Program-made: the position numbers and the translations under genes | The notes under the pieces: model-generated | The model's input: only the letters and a program-made list of their open reading frames with translations | Database searches by the model: none | Told to the model about the DNA's origin: nothing | Assembly: GCA_964016885.1 (NCBI GenBank) | Contig: OZ024752.1 | Coordinates: 30,380,001-30,444,000 of the forward strand | Reading direction: 5' to 3' | Source: Eledone cirrhosa | Taxonomy: Eukaryota | DNA length: 64,000 nucleotides | Part shown: piece by piece, positions 42,331-55,618 of the stretch | Numbering within the stretch: position 1 is the stretch's first letter | Layout: each line of letters opens with the position of its first letter

Positions 42331-42571
42331 TGCTGTTGTTATTTTTCAGAGATGTTTAAAATCAACTGCAGAATTATTTTTGTAATTTTCAAATTCTGGA
42401 CATTGATAACAACAATAAATAAATAATAATTATAAAATGAGATAAAATAATAAAATCGACCAACACTTCATCATCTCTTCTAACAGAAACTAGATTTCTT
42501 ATAACAAGGTCTAGTAGTCATCCAGAGGTAGTTTTAATAAATCCTGATTTCAAATCTTATCAAGGTGTTAT

Positions 42572-42697
<126 letters not shown>

Positions 42698-43206
42698 CGT
42701 TCACATATACATACACACGTGGGCATGCCTGTGATCTTGAGCCAATCATCTGCGAAATGTGTGTAACAAGTCGATACTCAATAATAAAACAGATATATGT
42801 AAATGAAGTTTTTTTTTTTTTTGTGGTCATTTTGGAGCCATGACAAAAAGCTCCCAGTCCACACTGTAAGGCGGTTGTGTCAGTGATATGACAAAAAGCA
42901 CCCAGCTTACACTGTAAATGTGGTTGGTGTTAGGAAGGGCATCCAGCTATAGAAACCAAGCCAGAAACAGTTCTGTGTGAGCAAGACATGGTCATCTGAT
43001 CTGACTTGTCTCACAACAGGACAACTCATCTAACCCATGCTAGTATGGGTAAATGGATGTTAAAGAATGATGCTGATATAAATATTGAAGCCTTCCATTC
43101 TTTCAGTGTTGCCAAATTAATATTAGAATATTGAATAAGTAGTTGAAAATTAAACCATATCACTTATTTTGATATGTTGGCTAGCTGCAAGCATTTGATC
43201 TTATCT

Positions 43207-43420
43207 TGAACCCTTTAGCATTTAAACCAGTCATATCCAGATAGAATTTTCTCACGTCTTTCTGTTCAAACTGGCTGCAACTGGCCACTCATACTAATGT
43301 TAAGGTATTGTTCTCAAAATAAATATCAATATCTTATAGATTCAATAATATGTGAGATAATTATGTAAGGTAAAGCCTTTACTGTGAAAATATAATAGTA
43401 AATATAGAGTAAAGGGTTAA
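43207..43420 (+). mobile_element. piggyBac-type MITE
   Basis: ccctttagcatttaaacc ... aaagggttaa. Confidence 0.88.
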
Positions 43421-44631
43421 AACTGAGCATAAATTAAGCTTAATGGAAAAAAACATGGTTTTGATTTGTTTTTCTTTTGATACAATATTGTAAGTTAGTA
43501 CAGCTATATAACCTGTTAAAACTACTGATAGTAAGTGATATATAACCTGTTAAAACTACACATCAGTACAAATGTCAGTTGTAGAAGCTCAGCATGAAAT
43601 CAACTGAGTCATTTCCTGATAAAGATCATTTTTTTTATTGGTTTATGGAGTTGATGTAGGGTCATGTCTCAGATTAGATTCCTTGATATTATTAACTTAT
43701 CCACAATGGGCTGCTGCTGCTCAGCTTTATCAGGCTTTTATTTTAATGATTCCTTTATTGGTTTAGTGTGATGAGGATGGACTGTGGGGATTTCTGGATT
43801 GGTTGGTTTAGTGTTGTGAGGAAGGACTGGAGGGAATGGTTGCTGCAGTGACTGAGAATGGAGAAAATGGGCGATGAGAAAAGAAATGAGAGAGATAGGA
43901 GTGGCTAAGTAAGGTGCTATAAAAGACTGAGAAGACATGTTTGTGAGTCAGAGGATGGAATGCGTTGGAGAGTGACTTCATACTCATCAGTTATGTGATT
44001 CTTTTGGGGTGGCCATGCAGCTTAGTATGTCTATGTGTAGTAGTAGTAGTAACATCAGCACTATCCTAGATAGTATTCCATTTTGAGTTTCACTAATCTT
44101 TGCAAAGAGTTAGTAGTTGCTGGAGGCTAAATTATTTTCTGGCTCTGCTCCATGAGGTAAAAGATAAGTGTAGCACATTGCCAGGCAGTTTTGTTAGATT
44201 TCTATGTCAGATATGGTCAAATTCTTTGCAATGACAGGTCTTTAGAATAGTATTTTAAACACTTGATCATTACTAACTTCTCTACTGCTTCTGCTAATTG
44301 GGTGAATATAGAACAGAAATTTCTCTTAAAGTCCTTGAATCTGTCTGTATATTCCCCTTTCATTGTCACAATGTCACTATCTAATTAAACATGGTTTATA
44401 TTTTTTAATAAATATACTATCTATAGTCATCCATATTTGGTTGGTAGTATTTCAGCACATTAGTACAGTGGCCTTAAACTTGGTATTTTAGGAATTTATT
44501 TACTGTTCATGATTTCAAATGTTCTCTAAAAGGTATTTGCTTAGTACTGAGCTTTTGTATTTATTGATAATGAACTGTCAAATTCGATGCTTCAATTTTG
44601 CATTCATTTGTGTGTACTGGAATATATAACA

Positions 44632-44980
44632 CATGGCTGAGTGGTTAGAGAATTGGATTCACAATCGTGAGGTTATGATTTCGATTTCCAGATCGGGCGA
44701 TGCGTCATGTCCTTGAGCAAGACACTTTATTTCACATTGCTCCTTCTGCCTGGATTTGCAACTGACAAATAGTATTAGCAATTGGAAAGACCAATGGAAA
44801 CATTGTTTCCTCAGTCCGATTTGACGAGCTCCATCCCACTCGTTAAGTGAATAAGTTCTGGGATCTTGTTGACTGGAAGTTGCAGATGACATGGTATTAA
44901 TTAACTTGTCAGAAGGTGATCTCTGACATGCATTTGATAAGTTTGATGCTGAATGCTGCAGGGCTGGAATGAAAATCATT
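44632..44980 (+). mobile_element. V-like SINE followed by an RT fragment (ADDMVLINLSEGDL*HAFDKFDAECCRAGMKI)
   Basis: tggctgagtggttag head and gtccttgagcaagacactttatttcac core; YADD-region translation at 44882-44978. Confidence 0.75.
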
Positions 44981-45429
44981 AAAAAATGTCTCTCTGTTTT
45001 TGTTTTTTTTATACTGCCTTCCTTTTTTTTATCATTTTATTTTTTTAATATATAAGTTTAACTGAAACCTGTAAAAGAATAGGTATTCAATTTATGTAGT
45101 AAAACAACATAATTCAGACACTACAAATAGCTTTCAGATTCAATGTTGTAGAGTGTTATGTTTTCAACAATATTTTTTATTACATTACTAACAAATTCCA
45201 CTATATTTTATTACATTACTAACAATTTCCACTGTACAAAAACTTATTTGAAACACACACACACACACAGAGATATATATATATTTATGTGTGTGTGTGT
45301 GTGTATATATATGTGTATATAGATATGTGTGTGTGTATACATGTGTGTGTGTATATGTGTATATACAAATGTGTGTGTATGTGTATATACATATATATGT
45401 ATGTGTATATGTGTATATATATATATGTG

Positions 45430-45460
<31 letters not shown>

Positions 45461-46462
45461 GTGTGTATATGTATGTATGTATACATGTATATAAACATTA
45501 GGATTTCAGTTTTTCTCTTGCTTTTGCATGTACACAGCTTTATTTGTAACATTTCATTTTGGTCATTTGACAGTCAGAATTTTATTTCCACCTGAATATC
45601 TACATTAAATCTAAATAGAAATGGCACTCTGGATGAAATGCCATTAGATTGGGTTAGCATAAACCCATAAACATGTTGAGAAGCACAAATAATGTGTTTT
45701 GTCAAAAGTTTAAAAATAAACTACTTCAGACATTTAAAAAAAATAAATACTACCCAAAGAGAAATAGAAATTCTATTAGTCAAAAATAAAAATAAAAATA
45801 AAAGCAGTTACACAAAAATACAATTTCATATAAAAGACCAATAGCTATTATGTTGGAGTTGTTTTATGAAAGAATTTTTTTTTGTGGCTGTTCCGCCAAA
45901 CTAACATCTAAAATTTCTTTGAATTTGAAATTAAATTAGAAAGGAAATGATATGGCCCACTTTTGTGGTAAAAAAAATAATAAAACCATGAAAGAAATTT
46001 AACAATATAAAATTGAAAAGAATACATGTTTCCAATTGTTTCATTCTAAAGCTAATATTTGAGTTTTAATAACTATAACAACTAGCTATTTTATATGATT
46101 TATTACGGTTTCTATTGATTTTTAAAGCTTTCACAATTAATTGAAGTATAGAAAAACAGTTTTTAAAAAGAATAAAAGGAAACTGACAATCATCAAATTG
46201 ACATTCATTATTTTTTTTCTCTAGTTTCTTGGTTTGAATATCTTAATATCATTTGAAATTACACTTAAAAATAAAATATGAGAAATAAGTTCGATTATAC
46301 TTAAATTCATGGACAGGGACTTTTATATTTTACCATTACAAATATTCAATAAGCCAAAGATGACAAATAAATTAATGAAAAATTACACAAATTAAATTTC
46401 TAGAATATTTCTAGCATATTGTAACTATATATTTTATCACCAAAAAATGTTTTTATAATATC

Positions 46463-46502
<40 letters not shown>

Positions 46503-46639
46503 TATGTGTTTTCTCTGTTTATCTTGCTGCCATGGAATGCCAAAAATATATTAAAAAACTAAATAATATATGTATGTTTGTACACATATGCATACATACA
46601 TTCATAGAAACACGTTTTATGTTTTTGTGAACCCCATTA

Positions 46640-47330
46640 TGGCTGCTTGTATTCACAATCATATTCTTTTGGTCATTACCCAAGATTCATGACCATAGGT
46701 AAGGGTTGGCACAAATACCAAATTTGGCTTTTACATCTACCTCTTCTGATTACTGAATGCTGAAGCTGCATTTTTTGCACTTAATTCAGCTCCTTGCTTT
46801 CCATCACTTGCGAACATGGTCCCAACATACTTGCACTCCTCTATTTCATTCAGTAGAACATCACTCACAAAAAGAGTGCCCTGCACTGGTTTCCTTGAGA
46901 GGGTGAGTGTCTCAATCTTTGCAGCACTGATTTTCATTCCTGCCATGCAGCACTCGGTAACAAACCTATCAGGTGCATGTCAAAGATCACCTTCTGATGA
47001 GTTAACCCTTTAATGTTCAAACCGGCCAAAACCGGCCAGAATTCTCTACCTTTTTCTGTTGAAATTAGCTGTAACTGGTCACTCAAACTGATGTTAAGGT
47101 ATTGTTCTCAAAATAAATACTTTCAAAATCTCATAGATTCGATATTATGTGCGATAATTATGTGAGATAAAGCATTTACCATGAAAATATAATAGTATAT
47201 ATAAAGTAATGTGAATGCTAAAGGGTTAAGTAGTATGATGCCAATTGATCCTACACCTGCCAGTCTTGATACCTCTTCTAACCTGGCTGTGCATGTCAAT
47301 CCTGTCCATGAAAATTATGAACTAAATGAC
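46640..47330 (-). mobile_element. LINE RT fragment interrupted by a piggyBac-type MITE (47002-47229)
   Basis: GMKISAAKIETL..ECKYVGTMFASDGK; TTAA duplicated on both sides of the MITE. Confidence 0.8.
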
Positions 47331-47911
47331 GTGAAATAATGATTAATAGTTAAATGAATGATTCAACAGCTATCCCCACCTCACCCACAAACAAAACCAA
47401 TTAATGCTGACTAAGAAAAATGGTAAGAAACTCTAAGTAAAGCTGGACAGCAGAAGGTCTTCAGAGAAGAAACCCCAACTCTCCAGTCATGCAAATGTCT
47501 TGGTCCTTAACTTCTGTAAAAGGAATAAATGTAGATTTCTATTCTAGAGTATTCTGGAATAGAATTAGAAATTGTAGTAGTTTAATTCTAAAATGCTGTA
47601 AAGAATTGTTCTTAATTAAATGTGTTGTGAAATCATTGTATAATAAAATTTCTTTCAAAATTGAACACAACTTCCTGATCAATTCCACTACATTCATCAC
47701 CTCTAATTATACAAAATACTTTTTTTATTCCATGCTCAATAAGATCTCATTTAAGCTACAACCGTAAAATCCAAATCTCTAGCTAAACTGGTTTCTGTCA
47801 TGTAGACTATATTCTCTTTCTTTTAATTTCTAAAAATTTCATTAAAAGAATTTTTTTTTAAATTGATTTATTTATTATTTATTTTTTGTTGAAACGTCTA
47901 CCTTTAGATAC

Positions 47912-48072
47912 ACCTCTCCCTTCCTCTTCCTCTCCTCCCTACCTCTCCTCCCTACCTCTCCCTCCCTCTTCATCTCCCTCCTTTCCTCTCTCCCCCTTCA
48001 TCTCCCTCCTTTCCTCTCTCCCCCTTCATCTCCCTCCCTTCCTACATCTCTCGTCCTCATCCCTCCTCTCTA
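47912..48072. repeat. C/T-rich polypyrimidine low-complexity tract
   Basis: Direct reading; internal repeat cttcatctccctcctttcctctctccc. Confidence 0.85.
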
Positions 48073-48962
48073 CTTATATGTGTATCTATTCCTTTTACAA
48101 CTACACTCACGGAACAGCTGTATAAATTGCATCAAGTTTTTTGTTTTTTGTTACTATTGTTCTGCAGAAGATAAACATTTTTTCCTCCCTGTTTCTTCTT
48201 TACTTCTATCTTTACTTCTTTACTTCTGAATATTACATTTCTAAATGAATGTTTTTCAAAAATAGTAACTCTAGAGCTTGAGACGCTGGTGAAATACATA
48301 GGATTAATAAATTATTAGGAAATTAAAATGATGACAATATAATTCTATGGGAAGTGTGCAGAGTATATCATAGATCAGATTCAATGACTTAAGTTTCTAT
48401 TGATTTCTAAATTGAGGAGAGAGTGAGACTGTCAGCCAATCTGCAACAGTTGTACTGAGAAAGGGGATCACTGTCAGCCAATCAGAAACAGTTGCACTGA
48501 GAAAGGGAATGCAAATGTTTCTTTATGTTGTTCTATACTTTCTGAATGTGAGTCAAACTTTGACAGCAAGCGGAAAGATCTTTTGGAAAGATTTATATTA
48601 CAAGATGTTTATTTTTTCGACTGCTGTCAGTAATATTGGCAATTTGAATATATCCTTTTGATCTCTGGTTAAATGAAATAAATTTGTATTCTTCTTCTTC
48701 GTATTTCAAATATCAGCTTCACCTATCATGACTAAAAGTATACTACTTTACAATAAGAAATAACTGACAGGGTATCACTCCATACACAGTGGTTCTGCTA
48801 GAGGCCCAATAGACCAGGATTCCTTCAAATTCTGAAAAGTCTGTTTAGTGTTTTATTCAATCTCAACCAATGACTAACTATTACATACATATACACCACA
48901 TTTTGACAGTGATAAAATAATAATAATATTCAAGCAATTTCAATATAAATCTTCACAAGTAA

Positions 48963-49183
48963 ATAATGGTTTCTGATTTAGACACAAGGCCTACAATTTT
49001 TGAGGGAGGGGAAAGTCAATTAAATCAATCCCAGTGCATTACTGGTATGTTATTTTATCAACTCTGCAAGGATGAAAGGCAAAGCTAACCTTGGCAGGAT
49101 TTGAACTCCAAATGTGAAAGGACGTAACGCTATGCTGTAAAGCATGTTGTCTGACACTCTACTGATTCTGCCAATCCACCACC
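48963..49183 (-). mobile_element. Older Meta-like SINE, antisense
   Basis: Reverse complement of the head, B box and core (gatgaaaggcaaag, gatttgaactc). Confidence 0.82.
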
Positions 49184-50897
49184 CTTTTATAGCAAAATAA
49201 TAAAAACCTCCACTGTGTAGAGTTTATGATTTAAATGTTATTTGTAATTATGTTTGTGTTAGCAGGTAATGGCATCAATTCTGGTGAATTGGTTCCACAA
49301 TATAAATGGCATAGTTGTATTAAACTAACTTGTGTAAATTTTTTATGGCAACCACTTTTGATAATTCACTGGTACTAAATGGATATTAACAACTCTTTAA
49401 ATAATTAATTCATAATTTAAACTTTGTGTTGTGATAACACATAAAACTAAAACAGCAAAGTACTTTAAAATCTGAGATTTTTTTTTTAGGTGGGTGGGCG
49501 ATTTGATTGGAGGGGGTAAGGAATAGCATGAAAGGTTGTGGTAATTTAGTGGAGTGATGGTTAAGTTTGGAGTTTGGCAAGTTAGTAATGCATTGCCCCA
49601 TTATCTCCTGGGGGAGTTGTAAGGGCACTGTATTGACATATGGCATTTCTAGAGAATTTTAAAACCCAGTGGAACTCAATCCTTTCCAGGTCTGAATACA
49701 GCAGATTTCTTCCAGAGAAGGATATTGAGTGAAAAATGGAAGTCTGAAAGAGATATAAAGGAAGAATCAACCCCAGTACTTGACTGGTACTTTTTTTTAT
49801 CAACCTCAAGTGGATGAAAGGCAAAGTTGACCTTGGTGGGATTTGAACTCAGAGAGCAGAGAGCCGGAATGAATACCATAAAGCATTCTATCCGATATTC
49901 TAATGACTGTAGTAAGTTAGTAATAGCTGGAGACAAATCATGATCAAAGGGTTCTGGTGGTATGTGCTTCTGGAAAACAAGAATTTTGGTAAAATATTCA
50001 TTAGAGAGTAAAATATGGCATCATTTCTGAGTAAAGTGTTGAATGTTTTGAATGGATTTATAAGGAAGTGGGGTGGGGGCAGTATAACCATCAAGTTCAG
50101 AACAACAAAACAGAAGATATAAAGTAGATACTATTCATCAGTAGGTTAGTAGTTGTAGAGTATTAATGAATGAAGGTTTTCTGTTGAGTAGATGCCAGCT
50201 TTTCCTTGTTATCTTGTCAAGATGAACACACAACATCTTAGATAACCAGTATCCTAGGGTTGGCAATATTTGACTTTAGTACAGTTATCTTTTCAGAATA
50301 AGTATTTTCTGGCTCTCTAAATGAAATAAATAAAGCAGCCCTGGCTATGTAAACAAGTACAAAAATGTCCCATCTCTACGAAAGACTTTGTAAATATATT
50401 AAATATATACCAAAGCAATTAATAATATAAAAAACAACTCCATTTCTCAGTTTTTTTTAAATAGACAGGGTGTCCCTCAAAAATGTATACACACTTCAAC
50501 AGCATTCTAATAAATATTGCCTGTACAGGTAATCAAAGTGTGTATTCTTTCTTTGGACCACCCTAGAGTTGTAACAGTTCATGTTTTGAATGTTAGAATT
50601 TTTGAAGAAGGAAGTCCATGTTTACCCTGTTGTCTCAGCAGAGGACAATTACTTATAAGTATTTGTATGTATACACACCTGTATAGTGTTCCTTTGTCTC
50701 TCTACATCTCCCCTCTCTCTACTCCTCCTTCACCCTTCTTTCCCTCCTCCACCTCTCAAACATGACTGTCCAACATCTCAATTACTAATACTTTTTTTAC
50801 TCATTTACCTGTTCCAGTGCACTGGCTGAGGCCATGCTGGGGCACTGCCATACTTATATATAAATATATATTTTCATTTTTATTTCTTCATTTTAAG

Positions 50898-50987
50898 GTG
50901 AAATGGATAGAGCAACAAATTTCAAAACACAGAGTCAAAAGAAACGTTAACTTTAATGATCCAAAGTGGAATATGATGTGGTATTTG
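50898..50987 (+). CDS. furin: Furin-like exon B: VKWIEQQISKHRVKR/NVNFNDPKWNMMWYL, with the prodomain cleavage site
   Basis: ttttaag| and |gtaagt; 90 nt; WxEQQ, R-X-K-R and DPxW..WYL motifs of proprotein convertases. Confidence 0.96.
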
Positions 50988-51121
50988 GTAAGTTTTTTTT
51001 TTTTGTCTTTGATTATTCATATATTGATTATTCAAAAGCATTTTAAAAACTTTGTCAGAAAAAAAAAAATTATTTTTAATTTTGATAAATTCTCAATTTT
51101 CCCTTCCTATTTCTATTGTAG

Positions 51122-51250
51122 AATCGTGGACATGGTCTTGATATGAATGTTAGAAGGGCCTGGGAAAGAGGTTATACAGGAAAAGGTGTGGTTGTAACTA
51201 TTCTAGATGATGGGATTGAAAGAGATCATCCGGATCTTAGGAGAAATTAT
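51122..51250 (+). CDS. furin: Furin-like exon C: NRGHGLDMNVRRAWERGYTGKGVVVTILDDGIERDHPDLRRNY (catalytic Asp)
   Basis: ttgtag| and |gtgagt; 129 nt; LDDG and HPDL motifs. Confidence 0.97.
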
Positions 51251-53549
51251 GTGAGTAAATTCTATTTTCTTAAATTTTTACAAATTTGTTTCTTTAATAA
51301 GTAAACTCAATAATTTTGGGATTAAAATAAAATATATATTTAAAATTAAATCCATACACGATCTTGTTATGTTTCATAGGCAGCTACTAGAATTTAAGAT
51401 TAATTTAGTGAGATATTTTTATCACATTTCATTCAGAGATATTGAATTGACTTAATGAGTTAGATTTGATACTATTTTCGTGATGTTTGAGTCTTAACAT
51501 CTCTTTGTTACCTGGCTAACTTCCAAAGACAATATTATTCTAAATGGGTTTAGAAAGCAAAACTTTTATCATGAGCATGTTTTAAAGCTTTTCTTTCCCC
51601 CACCCCCAACACCTTCAGTAAATGCAAGTTACTTTTATTTTTTGTAAATTTTTATGTTAGTTTACTTCACTTTTTTTTTTTTAGATTTTGTTTTTAATAT
51701 CTGCATTGAAATCTTCACTTAATAGTTTTGGTACTGAAGCTGTTTATTTCAGCAGATTTTATTGTTAGTGTTCTAGACAAGTCTGAATATTTTAAGGTAA
51801 TGGGAAATGAAAATCATTTCTGACAAGTACACTAAAGTATTTAGGATTTGTCTGAACAAGCTCCACTAAATAATGAATATAGCAAAAATATAACAAAAAA
51901 TATGTCATGCATTATAGTTTGGCATTTCATTTTGCCACATCAATTATTTTACACTTTGTTTTCATAACTCGTTTTAATGTCTGTTCACAATTGTTTAGTA
52001 TTGTTTTTCATTTCCTTCTAATTGGCTAATTATAACCAGTTGAATCAATGATTTTTATCTTGTCATTGTCTTACTATCTTACTTTAGTGGACTTAGCTAA
52101 CATCTAAAGTTAATTAGAATGTCTAGATTCATTAAAATGATTATTTATTTATATTGAATAAATATTAATGATTCAACATTTTTAGTTTAATTATACTTCA
52201 TTGATAATATCAATTCAATCCTGATCTTAACATATTTTTATGAGATCAGTTTTGTCAGGATATATAGAATAACCTGATTATTTTATATTGATCTAATATC
52301 AACTCAATTAACTTGTCTATATCAGTGTTTATTTTCAGTAAAATGTGTATTAACATAGATTGTATTTTCGACATATATGTCAGAAAGTCTACTCTGTGAG
52401 ATTTAAAAGAAATTCTTCATATACTTTAACTGCTGTGTTATAAATAGTATTTTATATCATAATTAATAACCAAACTGTAATATACAACACTGGGGTGTAC
52501 ACCAGCACTATTGGCCACACCAACCCCAACCCTACTGTTTTCACGTAGGGATTCTTATAACCACTACATCCCCTCTCCCCCTATATTATTGAAGATCCCC
52601 CAATTCTCTACTTATCACTGTCAAATCACACCACACCACATTTCCCATACAGCCATAACTTCATACCTATCACCCTCCCTCCCCCCCCCACACACACAAA
52701 ACCCCACAGTGAGGGGAGGGATTTTCAGTTCAGACAATGACCAACTGGTTCTACAAAACTGCTATAAGGTGGTTGATGATAAGAGAGGCAGTTCGCTGTA
52801 GAAACTATTCCTAAAAAGATTAAAAAGACCATTGCTGTTGTGCCAAGGACATGACAACCCCCCTAGTATTGGTGATCTACTCGATAAACACACCCAGTAC
52901 ATGCTGTAAAGTGGTTAGTGATAAGAAATGTATTCAGCCATAGAAAGCTTGCCAAACAAAGTGTTAGGAAGACCCTTCAGTTGTATCAAAGGCATGGCAG
53001 CCTCTTTAGTTCTGGTACCATGATAAAATATACTCGGTAAAACTTGGAACTGTATGTCAGCGAGATGTGGGCTCTCTACTGATTCAGTGTGAAAACCTGT
53101 CCCTTGCTAGCAGGGAAAGAGGATGCTAAATGGTGATAATAGAGGTTAAATTGTATCCCAAACAAATTTTACCCCATAAATTTTAGGGTGTCATTATATT
53201 TTTAATTTTTAGAATGGCCTACTCATTCCAAATAAATCCATTAGCTATATTTTAGTAATACATCAAATTTAGAATCAGTAAAGTGGTCCAGTGCTTGTTA
53301 TAAAAAGTGTGTAATTTCCAGGCTGTTCAGTTGCTCATAATTCTAGCCTTTTGTTATTCCATATCAATAAAATGTATTCTAACTATCCTTGAAGAAGTGA
53401 TAAAAAATATAAATAGCATGAAGTGAAATAATTTCAACCAGGGATTGGAAGTGGGTCACAGATTATGCTTGCAATACTTGCTATCAATGCATAAAATATC
53501 AACCTCGTTATTTCTCCCCCTTGGCATTTTAAAAAAAAAATTATTTTAT

Positions 53550-53584
<35 letters not shown>

Positions 53585-53958
53585 TAAATAGAAAATAGAA
53601 ATAATTATTCTGGCTTGAAACCAACAGCTCTTGTTTAATTTTATATCTTTCACCTACAGTAATGAAGAGATCATACCACTTGGACAAGATATTTATATTT
53701 CACTTATTCAACTTTCGGTTTTTATTGCATATTTTACTTTCGTTGTTTAGTTCTACATCCTATTTCTAGATAAAGGAAAAATTAGATTTATACAGATATT
53801 TTAATAGAGCTAAAAATTTAAGAACAGCAAAGCTGTGTAATACATTTGTAATATACTTTTTTTCTATTTAAAGATTTCAAGATAGTATGTTATTAGGATT
53901 GTATTGCTACAACTGATTTTGTATATACTATTTTTATATTTTAATGTTTTATTTTCAG

Positions 53959-54035
53959 GATGACCAAGCTAGTTATGATGTAAATGACCACGATCCAGAT
54001 CCAACACCACGTTATGATTATACTAATGAAAATAG
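53959..54035 (+). CDS. furin: Furin-like exon D: DDQASYDVNDHDPDPTPRYDYTNEN(R)
   Basis: ttttcag| and |gtgaga; 77 nt, phase 0/2; ASYDxND.DPDP motif. Confidence 0.97.
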
Positions 54036-54398
54036 GTGAGAGGATATTTAAAAAGATTTCTCCTAGATTTGTTAAAATATATATATAATATATAGTATAA
54101 TTGTTAAATACACATTTAAGGAAAAGTTATTAGAAATGTAGAAAGAACATGTTGCAGAGTGCACTGGATGAATATTATTGTGGCACCAGCGCTAGAGAGA
54201 TGTCCATATGCTTGCCCAGACTGAAAGGTCTTCTCTACCCTTTCATACCTCTCTTCAATAGTCAACTATTTTACAGGGTGTTACTAGGTGCAGTTTATCA
54301 TGGCACCAATACTAAAGTGGTTGTGAAATACCTGAGAGGTCCAGAGGTTTCTCTCTATTTAAATTTTTGTTTTATGAAATATTTTCCTTGTATTTCAG

Positions 54399-54487
54399 AC
54401 ATGGTACAAGGTGTGCAGGGGAAGTTGCTGCTGAGAAAGATAATCTTATATGTAGTGTAGGGGTAGCATATGATGCCAGTATTGGAG
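54399..54487 (+). CDS. furin: Furin-like exon E: (R)[29 protein letters not shown](G) (catalytic His)
   Basis: tttcag| and |gtaagt; 89 nt, phase 2/1; HGTRCAGE motif. Confidence 0.97.
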
Positions 54488-54608
54488 GTAAGTAACAAGA
54501 AGTACTGACATCTTTGGGAATATAAAACAAGCAAACAAACATAGCCTGAGCTAGCTCTGTAGTAACAATATGACTGTTTTATTATTATTTTTTTTTTTCT
54601 TGTTCTAG

Positions 54609-54781
54609 GCGTTCGGATGCTTGATGGTGATGTAACAGATTCTGTTGAAGCTCAATCATTGAGTCACAATCCACAACACATTCATGTATACAGTGCAAGT
54701 TGGGGACCTGATGATGATGGTCGAACTGTTGATGGACCAGCTACTCTAGCAAGGAAAGCCTTTTTTGATGGTATCACTAAG
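54609..54781 (+). CDS. furin: Furin-like exon F: (G)[57 protein letters not shown]
   Basis: ttctag| and |gtaaca; 173 nt, phase 1/0; [10 protein letters not shown] motif. Confidence 0.97.
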
Positions 54782-54932
54782 GTAACATTAATTATATACA
54801 AAACATTCTATATACTATATCTTTCTTAATGGCATTATTTATCCATAGGTCCTGATAGTATCACTAAGGTAACATTAATTATATAACATTGTATCTACTA
54901 TATCTTTCTTGATAACATTATTTATCCATTGA

Positions 54933-55124
54933 AGGGTGGTGGATTGGCAGTATCGGTAGAGGGTCGGACGCCATGCTTTGACGCATAGAGTTACGGCCCT
55001 TGCCATTCTGAGTTCAAATCCCGCCGAGGTTAACTTTGCCTTTCATCCTTACGGGGTCGATAAAATAAAGTACCAGTAATGTACTGGGTAATTGCTGGCC
55101 TTGTGCCAAAAGTAGAAACAATTA
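54933..55124 (+). mobile_element. Young Meta-like SINE, subfamily A, 16-bp TSD
   Basis: attatttatccattga at 54917-54932 and 55121-55136. Confidence 0.92.
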
Positions 55125-55215
55125 TTTATCCATTGACCTTGATGGTATTACCAAGGTAACATTCAAAATATAACATTCTGTCTACTATATCTTTCTTGAT
55201 AACATTATATATCCA

Positions 55216-55399
55216 GTGGATTGGCAGTATCGGTAGAGGGTCGGATGCCATGCTTTCCAGCATAGTTACGTCCCTTTACGATCTGAGTTCAAATCCTGCC
55301 GAGGTTGACTTTGCCTTTCATCCTTACGGGGTCGATAAAATAAAGTACCAGTAATGCACTGGGTAATTGCTGGCCTTGTGCCTAAAGTAGAAACAATTA
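55216..55399 (+). mobile_element. Young Meta-like SINE, subfamily B, 12-bp TSD
   Basis: attatatatcca at 55204-55215 and 55396-55407. Confidence 0.92.
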
Positions 55400-55618
55400 T
55401 ATATCCATAGATATAACTTTATATATCCATAGACATAACTTTATATATCCATAGACATAACTTTATATATCCATAGACATAACTTTATATATCCATAGAC
55501 ATAACATTATATATCCATAGATATAACTTTATATATCCATAGACATAACTTTATATATCCATAGACATAACTTTATATATCCATAGACATAACTTTATAT
55601 ATCCATAGACATAACTTT
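55399..55618. repeat. 22-bp tandem repeat, 10 copies, fused to a 5'-truncated SINE (~55613-55706)
   Basis: atatatccatagacataacttt; the last unit runs into taactttgcctttcat. Confidence 0.92.

Noticed and set aside
50817-51146. ORF-track proteins overlapping furin exons (also 54149, 54617, 56324)
   Set aside because: They are exon-plus-intron read-throughs or alternate frames; the splice-defined exons are reported instead
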